A DNA stretch of 64,000 nt from contig RSEE01000076.1 of assembly GCA_003971905.1 (NCBI GenBank), positions 248,001 through 312,000 of the forward strand, in the 5' to 3' direction. The translations under genes and the position numbers were made by a program. The notes under the pieces were generated by a model. The model ran no database searches, was not told the origin of the DNA, and worked only from the letters and a program-made list of their open reading frames with translations. This DNA is from Moniliella sp. 'wahieum'. Its lineage: Eukaryota. Positions 1-12,300 of this stretch are shown piece after piece; positions within the stretch are counted from its first letter, which is position 1; every line of letters begins with the position of its first letter.

Positions 1-636
1 AATCTGCACGAAGATGGGGTTGCACGACAACTCTTCTATATAGGCTCACCTCCACGTCGACAGCCAAGTGCGTTGTTTCGACTGAGCTCACAGTGCGACA
101 ATACAACAAGTCCAGACTGATCTCCGTCATGCTCTGTGCCCTGTTGCGTTCTTCACGCAACAAGTGCAAATGTAGACTGAGGTCATCTCGTAGGGGTACG
201 TCTTTGGGTGCGTGATGCACCTGTGCGCGCCCAGAAAATTAAAGTTCGGGGGCGGGGGACGTTGCACATGAAGCTCTGTGCGATAGCCGATCCTCAACAA
301 GCTGATTGTGCGCTCCATCAGGAACACCCCTCATCTTCTCAAAGAGCTGGGCACACTCATTTCTCAAGGAACCGACTGATGTAGAGGAAGAAGAGGATGA
401 AACGCGGCTCGAGAGGAAGGCCATTGCAGGTGGCCCGCATTATCATGGAGTGAGTGGAGACCCCGAGCGTTTTGGAGGACCACCAAGAATGGAAGAGGAG
501 GCTCACGCTTTGAGGGGCTTTTGGCGTAAAAGAAGGGCAAGAGTGCGTACCGGAAGGTGAGGTACATGCGGAAAAACACCTGGAACGTATTGGAACGGCC
601 CCGTTGCGATGGAAGTCACGAAGGCTATTTCATCGG

Positions 637-729
637 GCTTCAATGGGTTAGTGGTATACTATATCGTTGCCAAGCAGCTTCAAGCTTCTTCGCCTCGATA
701 TGACAGGGGTTCGATTCCCCTTTGAAGCA
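637..729 (+). tRNA. tRNA-Gly(GCC) with 22-nt intron (673-694)
   Basis: Folded by hand: acceptor GCTTCAA/TTGAAGC, D-loop AGTGGTA, anticodon stem TATCG/CGATA with GCC at 669-671, intron after position 37, T-arm AGGGG-TTCGATT-CCCCT, discriminator A, followed by a TTTTT Pol III terminator. Confidence 0.93.
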
Positions 730-1792
730 TATTTTTGGTCGTTCACCGCCCTAGGCAACACGACAGAACCAACGAAGGTACAGTAGGGGATTTGGGGTTG
801 GGGATCTGTGAAAAGTGAATGGACGCAATACTGCGCGCCACTGTAACGTATATATTAGAGCCGTTCGCCTGCGCATCTTTGGAACAGGTTTTTTTCATTC
901 CACAAGTGGACCAGAACCCGACGGAGGGCAGCGTAAAGGTACTTTCCGTTTCCTTTCATACGACACTTTGCTGGTCGCATAAATCCCCCAGGAGAGCGCA
1001 GTATTATATGTTTTTCCTTCAACGGCTGGCCCACAGTAGACACCCGGCTATCTTGGAGGGTGGAAACCGCAGAGCAACAGACGTTTTGATCATGTATAGC
1101 TGAGCTGTACACACGAGCTTAGGAAATATTCCATCCCTCCAGAAAAAGGGAGAACACCGGAAGGACTGTGCAACAAGCTGGGCCTGGGATGCCATCATGC
1201 CATATAGAAACCTTGCGCCATGATATATGGACCATACTGCCCCGTGCTGGATGACGAGACAAGAGGTGATGCATGATGCATGACGCAGACCAACAGCAGC
1301 CGGGGTAAATTTTAAAGCCCGTCTCCTTGCCAGGCGGGCCAATGCCGTGGGCTGCCATGGCTTGGAGCCAAAGAGGAGGCCTGACGAGGCTCTCGCTGCA
1401 TGTCTTCCTCCCATGGGACAAGACCGTGGAATCGATGCCGTCTCAATCGGCAGCAACGTGATACTTTAGGGTTAGGGTTGGCATGGCGAGACAGTGAGTT
1501 TTTTGTGGTTGCAACAATCCACCATCAGCTTCCGGCCCGGACAACGATCCAAAGAGGCCAACAGTAGGCTTATCGATCAAAGTCATCCTCACTGGCCTCC
1601 ATTGCGGGTGCGTTCCTAACAGGTCGAGTCAACTATGGCATCCACTATCAAGACTGGTCCCACGCACTAAGCCACTGGCCTTGGCGCCCTCACAATCGCA
1701 AGCAGAAGAGAAGGGAGAGATTACTGTTCAATAGGTTGGCTACTCCCCACCGACTTGTCTGGTCCTCCAACGCAGTCCACTCGCCAAAGGGA

Positions 1793-4700
1793 TCAATCCG
1801 GCCCAACCACAACGAGCACGTCCCGGGGACGGATGAAAAGACCGACGGATTTTGTGCTGTCCCGCTGCGGCACCATGACCGACAGGGGGGAAGTGCTGCG
1901 GAACGAAAGAGGTGGCGAATCGGTCAAGGAACGCGTGCCTGGGCCCGACGATGCACCCGACCACCTCCGTCCGCCTGCCCGACCCAAGGGGTGGAGAGGC
2001 GAAGTGGCGCGAGTATGGGGGGAGGAGCGCCCAGGATCAAGATTGGCCAGCCTGTCGGCCGGCGGTCCATCCCACACGCTGCCCCCAGACAGGGTGAGGA
2101 GACGCTGGACGCGGGCCCAACGTGCCTGGCGATGCTGCACGGTTGCCGAGGTGGGGATGCCACGTAGGTTCATCGTGTGTGTGTGCAACTGCGACTGCGT
2201 TAGTGTCTCGTCCTGCTCCCCCGGGCGAGAGGTCCATGCTGAGGGCAAGGGTGGGGAGGACGCGGGTCGCCAGGGCTGGATCGGCGGCCACGGATGGTGG
2301 AAGTACTGCCGCCACTCCAGCGAGGAAATGGGTCATGGGACGAAGGATGGGGCATACCACCTGTGCTGGAGCGGCTGCGAGCACGATCAACCATAGGCGA
2401 GCCAAAGGGAGAGAGCCACTGGCTTGTTCCGGTCGCACGGTCTCCGAGGGAGAAGAAGTGGTGGCCTTCAATGGAGCCATCGGTTCGAATCGCTCCGTCC
2501 CGGTCCAGTTGCATGCTCGTTTCTCGAATAGTGCGGGCCAAGGGGAGCGCCTCCAGCGCCCTGGGAAAGGGGGAAGGGATTTCGACCCCGACCCAGACCC
2601 CCTGGCGACCGGGGACAGGACCAATGTACTTGATCAACGCACGGAAGCGACCGATCTTCGGTGCGATCACACACGAGATGCCTTGGCTCAACCGCGTTGG
2701 TTCCGCCATTTCGTCGACCGACTCGGCCTCAATGGTGGGCAACTTCCCATGCGGATCGGTGGCTGCTGACGTAGGCCGGGATGCAGACACGCTCGTGTCG
2801 AACAGAGGCAATCGAGTCGTTGGGCCAAGAGGGGGAGGGAGTAAGGATCGAAACACTTGAGTCGCTCGGGTCGGGACCACCAACTTCAATGCCCGTCCCC
2901 GTGTCCCGCTGGTGAGACGGCAGCAGCATTTGCACCACAGGCACTGGCGGCACCGGAGGTTCTTCCTCCATCCGATGTTGGGGACGGATGGTATCACCAG
3001 AGGTGCTACTAACGATCGCAGCTCCGTGGGCATCTGCCTCCACCTCACTGGCACTCGCATCCGCGGTCGTCATCGTGACCGAGTCGGAGGGTTCGAGATC
3101 CTCACTCCCCATCTCAGGCTTGGGAAGCATAGCGAGATTTGTGCTCAGAACCATCGCTGGCGCCGGCGCCGGCGCTGGCTCGGGCTCCCTGGCTCTTGGC
3201 TCTGCCTCTGCCTCTGCCTCTGCCTTGGCTTTGGCTCTGCTTCTGGCTCAACAGCGGGCTCCAGAGCAAGAGCTGAGGGAATAGTGGGTTTGGGCTCGGT
3301 GTCAGACTTGGGCTCGGACTCGGGCTTGGACTCTGGCTCTGGCTTTGGCTCTGGCATTGGCTCAGGAGCGGGCTCCAGAGCAGAAGCTAAGGGAATAGTG
3401 GGCTTGGGCTCGGTCTCGGGCGTAGGCTCTGGATCTGGCTCTGACTCGGGCTCTGGATCAACAGCGGGCTCCACAGCAGGAGCTGGGGGAATAGTGTGCT
3501 TGGGCTCGGTGTCGAGCTTGGGCTCGGTCTCGGTCTTGAGCTCCGTCTCGGGTGTGGGCTCGGTCTCTGGCTCTGGCTCTGGCTCTGGCTTTGGCTCAAC
3601 AGCGGGCTCCAGAGCAGGAGTTGAGGGAAGAGTGGGCATGTGCTCGGGCTCGGTCTTGAGCTCGGTGTCGGTCTTGAGCTCGGTGTCGGGCTTGAGCTCG
3701 GTGTCGATCTTGAGCTCAGGTTCGGTGTCGGGCTTGGGCTCGGTCTCGATCTTAAGCTCGGGCCTGGGCGTGGGTTCGGGCATTGTATCAAGCGCGTGAG
3801 GAGACGAGATGGGATGTTCGGCCTGGGTTGGCGTGTGTTGAGGCGTCGTCTCAAGCGAGGAATCGACGACAGATGGCTCTTCAATCGTAACGGGTGTCGC
3901 CGGTATCGATGCCGGCGTATCCATCGGACGTGTGATTTCGGGCTCGGGGTTGGCAAGCGCGACGGACCCGGAATCCGCCTTAGCAGTAGGCGGCGTCATC
4001 GCAGTCGAGGACGATGCGACCTCGGTAGGAGGCGGTACAGAAGGCAAGGAAGGAGCAGGCACAGCCTTGTCACCAACGGCAAGAGGGGTAACAAGGGGAG
4101 TGGTTGCACCGCTTGGCTCAGAGCGCCGAGGATGAGGATGAGGAGGGGATTGAATGGCCACATTCTTCTCCCCTTCTGTACCCCGACGGGCAGGGACGAG
4201 GCGCCGAACAGCAATCTTTCCGGGTGGTACAGGAGAACTTTTGCCCCCTGGAGCGGGGAGGGGGAAGCCCCTCCACGCGAGAGGGTGCGAGAAGGTGGGT
4301 GGCAGCAGAGAGAGTGCGTGCACGTGCGGGCGAGGGAGGAGGACGCACAGGCAAGCGGTCCTTCGGTGCTTCCTTCGGCAAGCTTACACGGCTTAGGCGA
4401 GACGGAACAGCCTTCTCCCTTTCGGTACGAGAGACGGTACTGTTGGTTCGAATGCGCGGGGGCTGAAACGGGGTCAGTGGGCAGATGAAAAAAGGGGAAG
4501 GAGACATACCGAAGCGAGTGTGGAAAGTGGCTTGGTCATGGTGGGGGGAAGCAGGTTTGGACCTCAGCGTTGTAGCAGACTTAGGCCGCGTCGTGCTGGG
4601 TGAGGGACTGGGCGTCAGGCGGGTCCGTGACGCTGGACCAGAGGCCGTAGGCGTGGCGGGGCTCGTAGCTTGAGGGGAACGGCTCGGGGCCCGGCTAAGG

Positions 4701-7700
4701 GAGGTACGGATGGGTCGAGCATCGGGGCTGGGCAGTGGACGGGTCGGAGTAGGGGGGCTCGGCCGAGGAGTGCGGCTAGTCGCCGTAGATGGTCTGGCCG
4801 TCTTGGTCTGCAGAGACGTAGGTTTCGGTGGTCCCCGCGCGCTTAAGGCGGATGAGGGGCGCTCAGCGCCTGAGGTGGCGCGCGTCCTGGATGTACTCAA
4901 ACTCGACGTCCGTGGGCCAGGGCGAAGGGCTGCCGTAGATGTGCGAGGGCTCGGCGGTGAACTGGGAAGCCCACCACGTATCGGGCTCGGGCGGTGTCCT
5001 GCCGTAGATGTACGAGGGCTCGACGGCGAGCTGGAAAGCGCACCATGTGGGGCGGAGGGCTGTCGTCGATGTACGAGGGCTCGTCGGTGAGCTGGGAGGT
5101 GCACCATGTGTCGACACAGGCCGGGGTTGACGCGATGGGGACCCAGGAGGGACTCGAGCGCCTTGGGACAGAACCCTCACTCGGATCGGCTTCCCTGGCA
5201 CCCACGGGAAGGGGAAGACGGAGACCCCATACTGGTGGGAGACAGTGTCATCGGGGCCTTGCGGGCAGCGTCCTTGGATGGTGGGGCCGGGGACTTCGAG
5301 TGCACCTCTTTCGAGTGCACCTCCTTCGGGTGCGCCTCCTTCGAGTGCACCTCCTTCGATGGTGTCTGAGGCGAAGCTGGCTCGGGAACTGGATCTGGTT
5401 CGAGAGCTGGGTCTCGCCCGAGAACTGGATCTGACTCGGGAGCTGGCGCGGGAGCTGGCTCTGGTTCGCGAACTGGATGTGACGCGGGAGCTGAATCTTG
5501 CTTGGGAACTGGATCTGGCTCAGGAACAGGATCTCGCTTGGGAGCTGGATCTGACTCGGGAGCTGGATCTGGCGTGGGAGCTGGCTCTGGCTCGCGAACT
5601 GGATCCGGCTCAGGAACTAGATCTGGCGCGGGAGCTGGATCTGGTTCGCGAACTGGATCCGGCTCAGGAACTAGATCTGGCGCGGGAGCTGGATCTGGTT
5701 CGCGAACTGAATGTGGCTCGGGGGCTGGATCTGGCTTGGGAACTGGATCTCGCTCGGGAGCTGGATCTGACGCGGGAGCTGGATCTGACTCGAGAAGTCG
5801 GTGTGGCTCGGGAGCTGGATCTTGTTCGGGAACCGGATCTTGCTCGGGAGCTGGACCTGGGTCGGGAACTGGATCTGGGTCGGGAACTGGATCTGACGCG
5901 CGAACTGGATCTGGCTCGGCCCCGAGTCGCATGTCGGCTCGACCGCCTGAACCGGTTGAGTCCCAGATGAAGGTGACGGAATCGGCTCATCATGGGGCCC
6001 GGAACTCGACTCAACTTTCACCACAGCTTTCGCCACAACCATGGGCGGAGCAGATGGAAGTTGAAGAGGAAAGTCTTCCTCTTCGGTTTCCGAATGGGGG
6101 TCCTCCTGCGCATCAGCCCAATGGATGTCGTGCGAATCGGCACTCTCCGTCTCTCCCGCGTGAGGTTCGTCGGTAGAAATAGTAGTAGGAAGTGCCTGTG
6201 ACTCAGCTGGGGCCGGGTCAGGTGGTGCAGGAGATGCATCCAGCTCCAAGGTAGAGACCGCGGGGGAGCAGGCTGCGCAACAGGAACTGGGTCTTGCTTC
6301 TCAGCTGGGAGGTCGGTTGCAGTCGCTGGGGCAGGAGGTGGAGCAGGAGATGCATCCAGCTCCAAGGTAGAGAGCGGGGGGGGCAGGCTGCGCAACAGGA
6401 ACTGTATCTTGCTCCTCTGCTGGGAGGGTTGCAGTCACCGGGGCAGGAGAGGGTTTTCTCCCCACGTCGGGGGGGTGATAGCAATTATGGGTGGGAACGA
6501 CGCGGGATCGGCTTGGTCCGTAGCTGACATAGCTCGGGCGGCGGCGCGGTTAATCGCTTGGGCACGGAGATTGATAGGCCCTGCTGGACGAACGTCCTCC
6601 TCCTCGGTCGCTTGTTTGGGTGAACCATCGGGGGGTGCAGGGGAAGAGAAGAAGCACTGTCGGACTCTGTGTCACTTACCGTCACCTCCCGTGCCAAGGG
6701 GAGGGCGAAAAGGACGGTTTCCCATCCTCTGTGCCCTCAGTCTCCTTCGCAACAGCAGATGGCGGAGAAAGCAAGGCATCTGGCTGAACACTGATCGCAA
6801 CGGCAATTTCGTCCCGAGTCCATCGCTTAATGGAATCAAACGCCCCCTTGGTGCGCAAGAAGGTCCACTGTGCCTTGAGCATCTGGTTGATTTCTCCAAT
6901 AGCACGCTGCATCTCGGCCTGTACAGCAAGTACCGGCTCATCCTCGCCGTTCGACCCCAGGACAAGCGGGACACATCCTGCACCAAGAAGCCCTTCCCCA
7001 ACTAAGACTTCATACACTGCAGGGGCAGCAGTGGGATCGGTCTTGCTGATCCGCTCATTGGGAGAAGCAATGCCGAGCACAGCCAAAACACGCTGCATGA
7101 CAACACGAATGACCTCCAACGCGCCTGCTGGATCTTGAGTCAATGCCAAGTAAGAACGCGAGGCTGTTTCGCTAGAAGAACGAGAGCCCGAAATTGCTAC
7201 CAGCGTTCGCCAGGCCCGCGAACGCAACAAAGCATCCAAAGCCGAGGGACGTTGTACGAGGAACCCCCCAAGTCCTGAGCGACCGTGGCGCATAGTTGGC
7301 GTACACGGGCAACCCAGCGGAGAATGGGAAGTAAGCATTGCTCCTGTTGGAGGGGCCGAGGCACCCTTTCCCGGCGTTGCAGCAACAGAGGCGAGCACCT
7401 TCATTGCCCGTTGAACATTTTGCGCTGCGAGGAGGAGTGCATATGCTGCCCGTTCTCCTGCTTCCTCGTCCTCCTCTTGAGAGAGAGCCTGGACCTGGGC
7501 AAACACTTTTGCTGCAAGTTCCTTGCGTGTCGTCGCCGGGAGACGTCCTGTGCAACGTGTAGGCCAAAGGGCAGCAATGTACTCCGGATCCGAGAGGAGT
7601 TGGGAGGCGCGAGCACGCAAGTGCAATCTAGCTGCAGTGGAGGCCAAAGCGTTCTCTGCAGCAGCAGAAGAGAAAGGAGGGGATGGGGTAGAGGGAAGCG

Positions 7701-9395
7701 CAAGGGCGCGCGTGGCGGGTTGAAAGGCGACGCGGATGATCCGCGTAACTTTGGTTAGACACTTTTCGCACGGCGCGCCTGGGACACACGCGCACTCTTC
7801 CCCCACCCCCCTGCAAATGTGGGGGCTGAGGACCGACGTAAGTTAAACTCCCCCGCTCGCACGGCCAAAGCCGAGGCGACGCACGCGCTCAGTTCAGGAA
7901 GCCGGAGAGACTCGCCGGTAGCAAGCGCATCCGCCAGGGCGCGCGTGTTGAGTCGCAACAAGGCGGCAATTGTGGGCGCATGGGCGACCGAAGGAGAAAG
8001 GGCATCTTTATTGGAAGCGCCTCCACCACCAAGACTGAAACGGACGCTGCCTGAGTAGAGAAATGCAATGGCCAAATGAACGCTGGCTCGCGTAAATTCT
8101 GGTCCAGATAAAACCAGCTCAAGAGGTCCTGTCGGCTGGTTTCGCCGTGCATGCTTGAGGGCCGAGGCGAACCATGAGCTCCTAGCGGAAAGGAGGAAAG
8201 AATGCGCGGTAAAAATGATGCCATCCTGCTCGTCCATCCCAAGATCATCGTCGTCAAACTCAAGATCCAAGTCCAAGTGGGAATCAGCATCTGACTCGAG
8301 ATCGAGGCTGAGTATACTCTGGTCGTCTCCACCATCAATGGCAGAGCGCATTGTGGCCAGACTCTGACGGCTGCGATTGCTGGCTGCCATGTGCATCTCC
8401 CGCAGGGCTGAGCGCGGTCTTGAAGGTGGTGCCGAGTCGGGGCGGGCTTGGAAGAAGGAAAGACCCGGATGCGCACATCGGCAAACAACCCACTACGCCA
8501 CATGTACATCAGATCGTCCTGGAGCTTGAGCGTTGCTTCGGCCGGGTTGCTGCCTCTTCGGCCGACTGGCCTTCGTAGAGAAAAGCAAAAGCCTCGGCAC
8601 CGAGGGAAGAATGAGCTGTATACAGTTGTTCGAGTGCTGCCTGAAGTGCGCTCCCTTCAGCGAGAGAGATGGGTCCACGCACGTCCATCGTCCTGGACGC
8701 GGGAGGTGGCAGAAGGGTCGTGACTGAGGCTGCGTCGGGTGCAGGGTCGGAGGGGATGGGGGCTGATATCTGGAGGGAGCCACCACGCAAGCCTGTCAGC
8801 ACATCGATCTTGGAGGGCGATGCGATCGAAGGCTCGCGGGCGTGCAAGGTGGATGGATGGGCAATCGCAGCACGGAGGCCGCTCCAAGCACTAGGAGCAT
8901 GATGATGCGGGGTCGGCTCGCACCGTTGCTTCGCGCGGCACTGGATGAGGAAGGGCCGATTGTCGTGGCAGCAGACTCGGCGGAACGGACAGTCGATACA
9001 CTCTCGGCCCGCGAACGACCGTGAGCACCCTCGCCAGCATCGGGGCCGGCGAGGTAGCGCGCATGGAACGCAGGTGGAGCACGCGCATACAGCAGGGCTG
9101 GACAGGCAGAGAGAAGGGCGGGTCAGAGGCAGGCATACAACATGAGGATGGCCAGCACGGCAGGACACGAGGCACGTACCCTTGTGTGCGTAGATGCACG
9201 TGGTCGGTGCACCGGCCGCGGTGGCTTCGACGTCCCAGCGCACGTCGGGGGTGAGGAGGGCAGCATGGGAGTAGGCAAGGGAGAGCGCCCGGCGCCACTG
9301 GGCCAGTGCCTGGGCGTCGGCTGCGGCTGGACAAGCATGCCGGCGTCCAGGACGGACGGGCCCGCAGCCATCACGGGCGCGGTTGTGGTCGCCAT
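1793..9395 (-). CDS. Large BTB/POZ-domain protein with C-terminal CAP-Gly domain and a very long Pro/Glu/Ser-rich repetitive middle (several apparent frameshifts; intron about 9098-9179)
   Basis: N-terminus ...PDVRWDV...[34 protein letters not shown] and [19 protein letters not shown]...FLYSG (BTB-like); Cys cluster [15 protein letters not shown]-Gly-like segment [17 protein letters not shown]...[11 protein letters not shown] (ORF 2200-3060); terminal GLFIRPRDV motif (ORF 1793-2248). All pieces are collinear on the minus strand. Confidence 0.8.
3160..3790. repeat. Coding tandem repeats (6/18-bp units; PEPEP / TELK / TEPKP)
   Basis: Repeated ggctct, gctcggtgtcgg and cttgagctc units, plus about four longer copies containing agcgggctccagagcag. 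Confidence 0.85.
4900..5095. repeat. Three ~60-bp coding repeats ([12 protein letters not shown])
   Basis: Recurring gtagatgt(a/g)cgagggctcg...gctgg units. Confidence 0.75.
5295..5925. repeat. Coding minisatellite: 4 x 15 bp (KEVHS) followed by about 30 x 18 bp (DPVPEP / DPAPEP)
   Basis: ttcgagtgcacctc units, then (gctcgggaactggatctg)-like units; several frames on both strands stay open. Confidence 0.9.
6221..6410. repeat. Two-copy ~116-bp direct duplication ([10 protein letters not shown])
   Basis: gcaggagatgcatccagctccaaggtagaga...gcaggctgcgcaacaggaactg occurs twice, about 116 bp apart. Confidence 0.85.
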
Positions 9396-12300
9396 GGCGA
9401 TCGCCGTGTGGGGCGGGGCGGCGTGGCAGACGGGGTGGAGGCTGGGAGCAGCGTCGGCGCCGGCCAGCTCGGCGCTCGGCCTGCCCCACCGCGCGAGCCC
9501 GCAGGCGATGGCCAGCGGCCGGCGCGGGCTGCGGCGTGCTGGCGCCCACGTGACCTGTCTCGCCCGCTGTGCGCGCCGCCAGTGTCGCTGCCCGCCTGCG
9601 TTGCGCGCGCCGCCACACTGCCCCCGTGCCTCGCTCACAGCCCCTGGGGCACGCAGCTTTTGAAATGGGCAGGTGACGCCGCCTGGTCGGGCGACTACTG
9701 ACTCTGGTGGGGTGACTACTCAAGCGCTCAGCGGCCCCAATCGAACATCCCGCACACGCTCCACATCATCCCCACCCGCATCAACCACCGCGCCTGTTGG
9801 ATCTACATTGCTGGCGTCTCTCGACGCATGCGGCAACGAAACGGCACCACCCAATCAGCGTACCATGCAGACGGACGAGCGAGTCAAGCAACAAAGGTGT
9901 CCATCTGAGCGTCGGCGGCATCTTTCTTTCTTGTGGAACTCTGGGGCTGATGTAACTCCGGTCCACTGTGTGCTTTCCAAATCGGAGAGATGCAGCGCAT
10001 AGGTGAACACGGGAGAGCACGTGGAGCATCCATGAGCGTTCATGCGCTTCGCGGCAAACATCGACTATAGCAAACGTTTCACAGTTACCACATCATTGGG
10101 GAAGTTATACTCCCAGAGGCTCGAATATCTTTTCGGGGGGTTGAACGCATGGAACGCGTGTTAGTAGTAGGTATTAGTTTCGTAGACGGATGCCGAATCA
10201 GACGCGTTGCGACATTCAGCCTCCTTCGTAAAGCAAGAAGGAACTTCAATCCTTGGGCCCTTGTCGCCCCTCCGTTTCTTTCGGGCGCGTGATGTGAGAT
10301 GTTACAGCCTCTGTGAGGACGACCAGGTGTACCAACCATAATCATCGTCTTCCACTTTCCCAAGGAGGTTTCCGCCCGATGCACCAGGCTTTCCCACTGG
10401 GGTCTTTTACAGAATGTATATCCTTCCTATCACGGGCTGTCCCGGTCACAGAGGGCTCACCAGGTTGGTAGAGTGGTATTTCGTAGAGAACGGAAGGACG
10501 ACTCAGGTAGTTACGTGCTTGACCTGGTGGGCAGGTGCGAGCGGAGCCAGGGACAAGGAGTGGCCTCTGGGCATATTGCAGAGGCGGCTGCAGGAATGGC
10601 AAGGCTGCGAGTGCCCGCCTTGGGGTCAGGAATAGTTCAGCCTGTCTGAAGCCTCTAGGACTTAGAGATGGAGAGGCAGCGGAGAACAATCACTGCCAGA
10701 GCTAAGACTGGACAGGGGAACGTAGCCTGTGGCTGGAAGAGAACCCACTCGATAAGACTGGTGGGATTGAATTCCATGTGGCCAACGGTGGGCGCACGCG
10801 ACTTGACTGATAAGTCGGTGGCCCCAATAGGAGGCCACCAAGTCGTGGGTATCCTTGCGACAATTGCCGCCACGTCCCCGCTTCCATCTATCTTTCTCTG
10901 TTGCACCTGTGGCAACCAAACCCCAGTTTCAAAGTCTTCCTGTCTTCCTTTATAAACCTCCCTATTGCGTCTGTTTTCCCTTTTACAATGGCCTGTATCC
11001 ATCTCGTATAGGCGGAGATCTTTCCTCTCACCTTCCATTTTCGTCCTCTTCCGTCGCCTCTTCCGTCGCCTCTCTCCCGTTCACTACCTGACCATTTCCA
11101 GCCAATTGACCCAGTACAGGCACCCTCTTCTCCACGTAGTTGCCTCCTGTCATTCGGCATCGCCTTTCAGCTCCCGTCCACCCGCTCTCAGTGTTCCACT
11201 TCAACTTGAGCACAAGGCGACTTTTATTGTCGCGCAGATGCGTGGCCACTCGGTCCACCGTGTATGGTTTGACCAACAACGGCCACCCTTGGTTTTGGAC
11301 TCGGGATGTGAGAGCGCGCTCTACTGGGTTTAGGTAGAGCAAGAAGGCTGCAGCTCGGATCAGACCCTCTCAGACCCGACACGGCCCCCGTGACCTGTGT
11401 ATTGCGAAAGGAGAGGCATTATATTTTACGGAGTGTGTCCGGCGCACGGACTATGGAGTGAGGGAACCTGGAACGTTTGGAGGATTGCTTGGACACATAT
11501 TACTGCAGTGTACCAAGAGCATAGCCGCACACTCTGGTGCTCCCTGACACTTCTCCCAAGTTGCTAGGATAATGCCTACTTGTTTCGCCCGTGGGCGGAA
11601 GGTTGGCACACCTGACCCCCACCTCTTTTTTTTAGACCCCCGGGTGTGATACTTACCTCTCCACTCTCTTCTCACTCCCTTCCCTCCTCCTCCCTTCCTA
11701 CTACTCTCTATTTTCGCTCACCAGGAATCTATCTCTATCTCGATTATCTGACGTCTTGCTCTTGATATCCGTTTCGCGCTTTGTTTTGGAACCCATTGGT
11801 ATCAGAATCGGAGATGGAAGGCAGTCGAACGCAGAAGAGAGGGGTTTGGGTACAAATGAGGCCAAGGTCGCGGACTCTTCGTACGTGGTGCTGCATATAA
11901 TCAGGAGACTGCTACGCCTGTGGACCGCCGAGAGAAGTTGCTTCGACGGCTGAAGCAGGCGGAATGCGAAGGAAGCTATAAGTATCAAGGACAAACCCAA
12001 ACGACAGATTGTCCCGGGCCTTCCGCGACGGTCCCGACGACACGTGGGTATACCACAATGTTGCCACTATAACAGTCAACAAGATGCTTGTGCGCTGGAA
12101 AGAACTTATACCGAAAAGGGAGTCTCATTAAAGATGGCTCCTGCCTTTACCACGCTCATTCGGATCCACTCGTGCGACATCCCATTTGCAAGCGAATGGC
12201 GGGAACTAGCCGGCCCCGACCCGCTGGCCACGCCATTGCTTCCCTAATAATTGGGGGCTGTTACGAGCATGCAGCATGTCCGCTGCCTATCTCGGAGCGA

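Noticed and set aside
1..600. Short ORFs at the window start (Cys-containing 127-327, acidic 306-560)
   Set aside because: No recognisable domain or consistent reading frame; cannot be supported as a gene.
1466..1479. Interstitial telomeric repeat TTAGGG x2 (similar near 57810)
   Set aside because: Only two units, expected by chance.
5372..5925. CRISPR-like array
   Set aside because: Contiguous degenerate tandem units with no unique spacers, inside a eukaryotic CDS, and no cas genes.
5245..5970. Plus-strand ARELDL-repeat ORF and Gly/Ser-rich ORFs (also 2912-3799)
   Set aside because: Shadow frames of stop-free 18-bp repeats lying inside the minus-strand BTB/CAP-Gly gene.
11649..11658. ATACTTACCT matching the 5' end of U1 snRNA
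   Set aside because: Followed by a pyrimidine tract with no U1 stem-loops or Sm site; better read as a minus-strand splice donor or chance.
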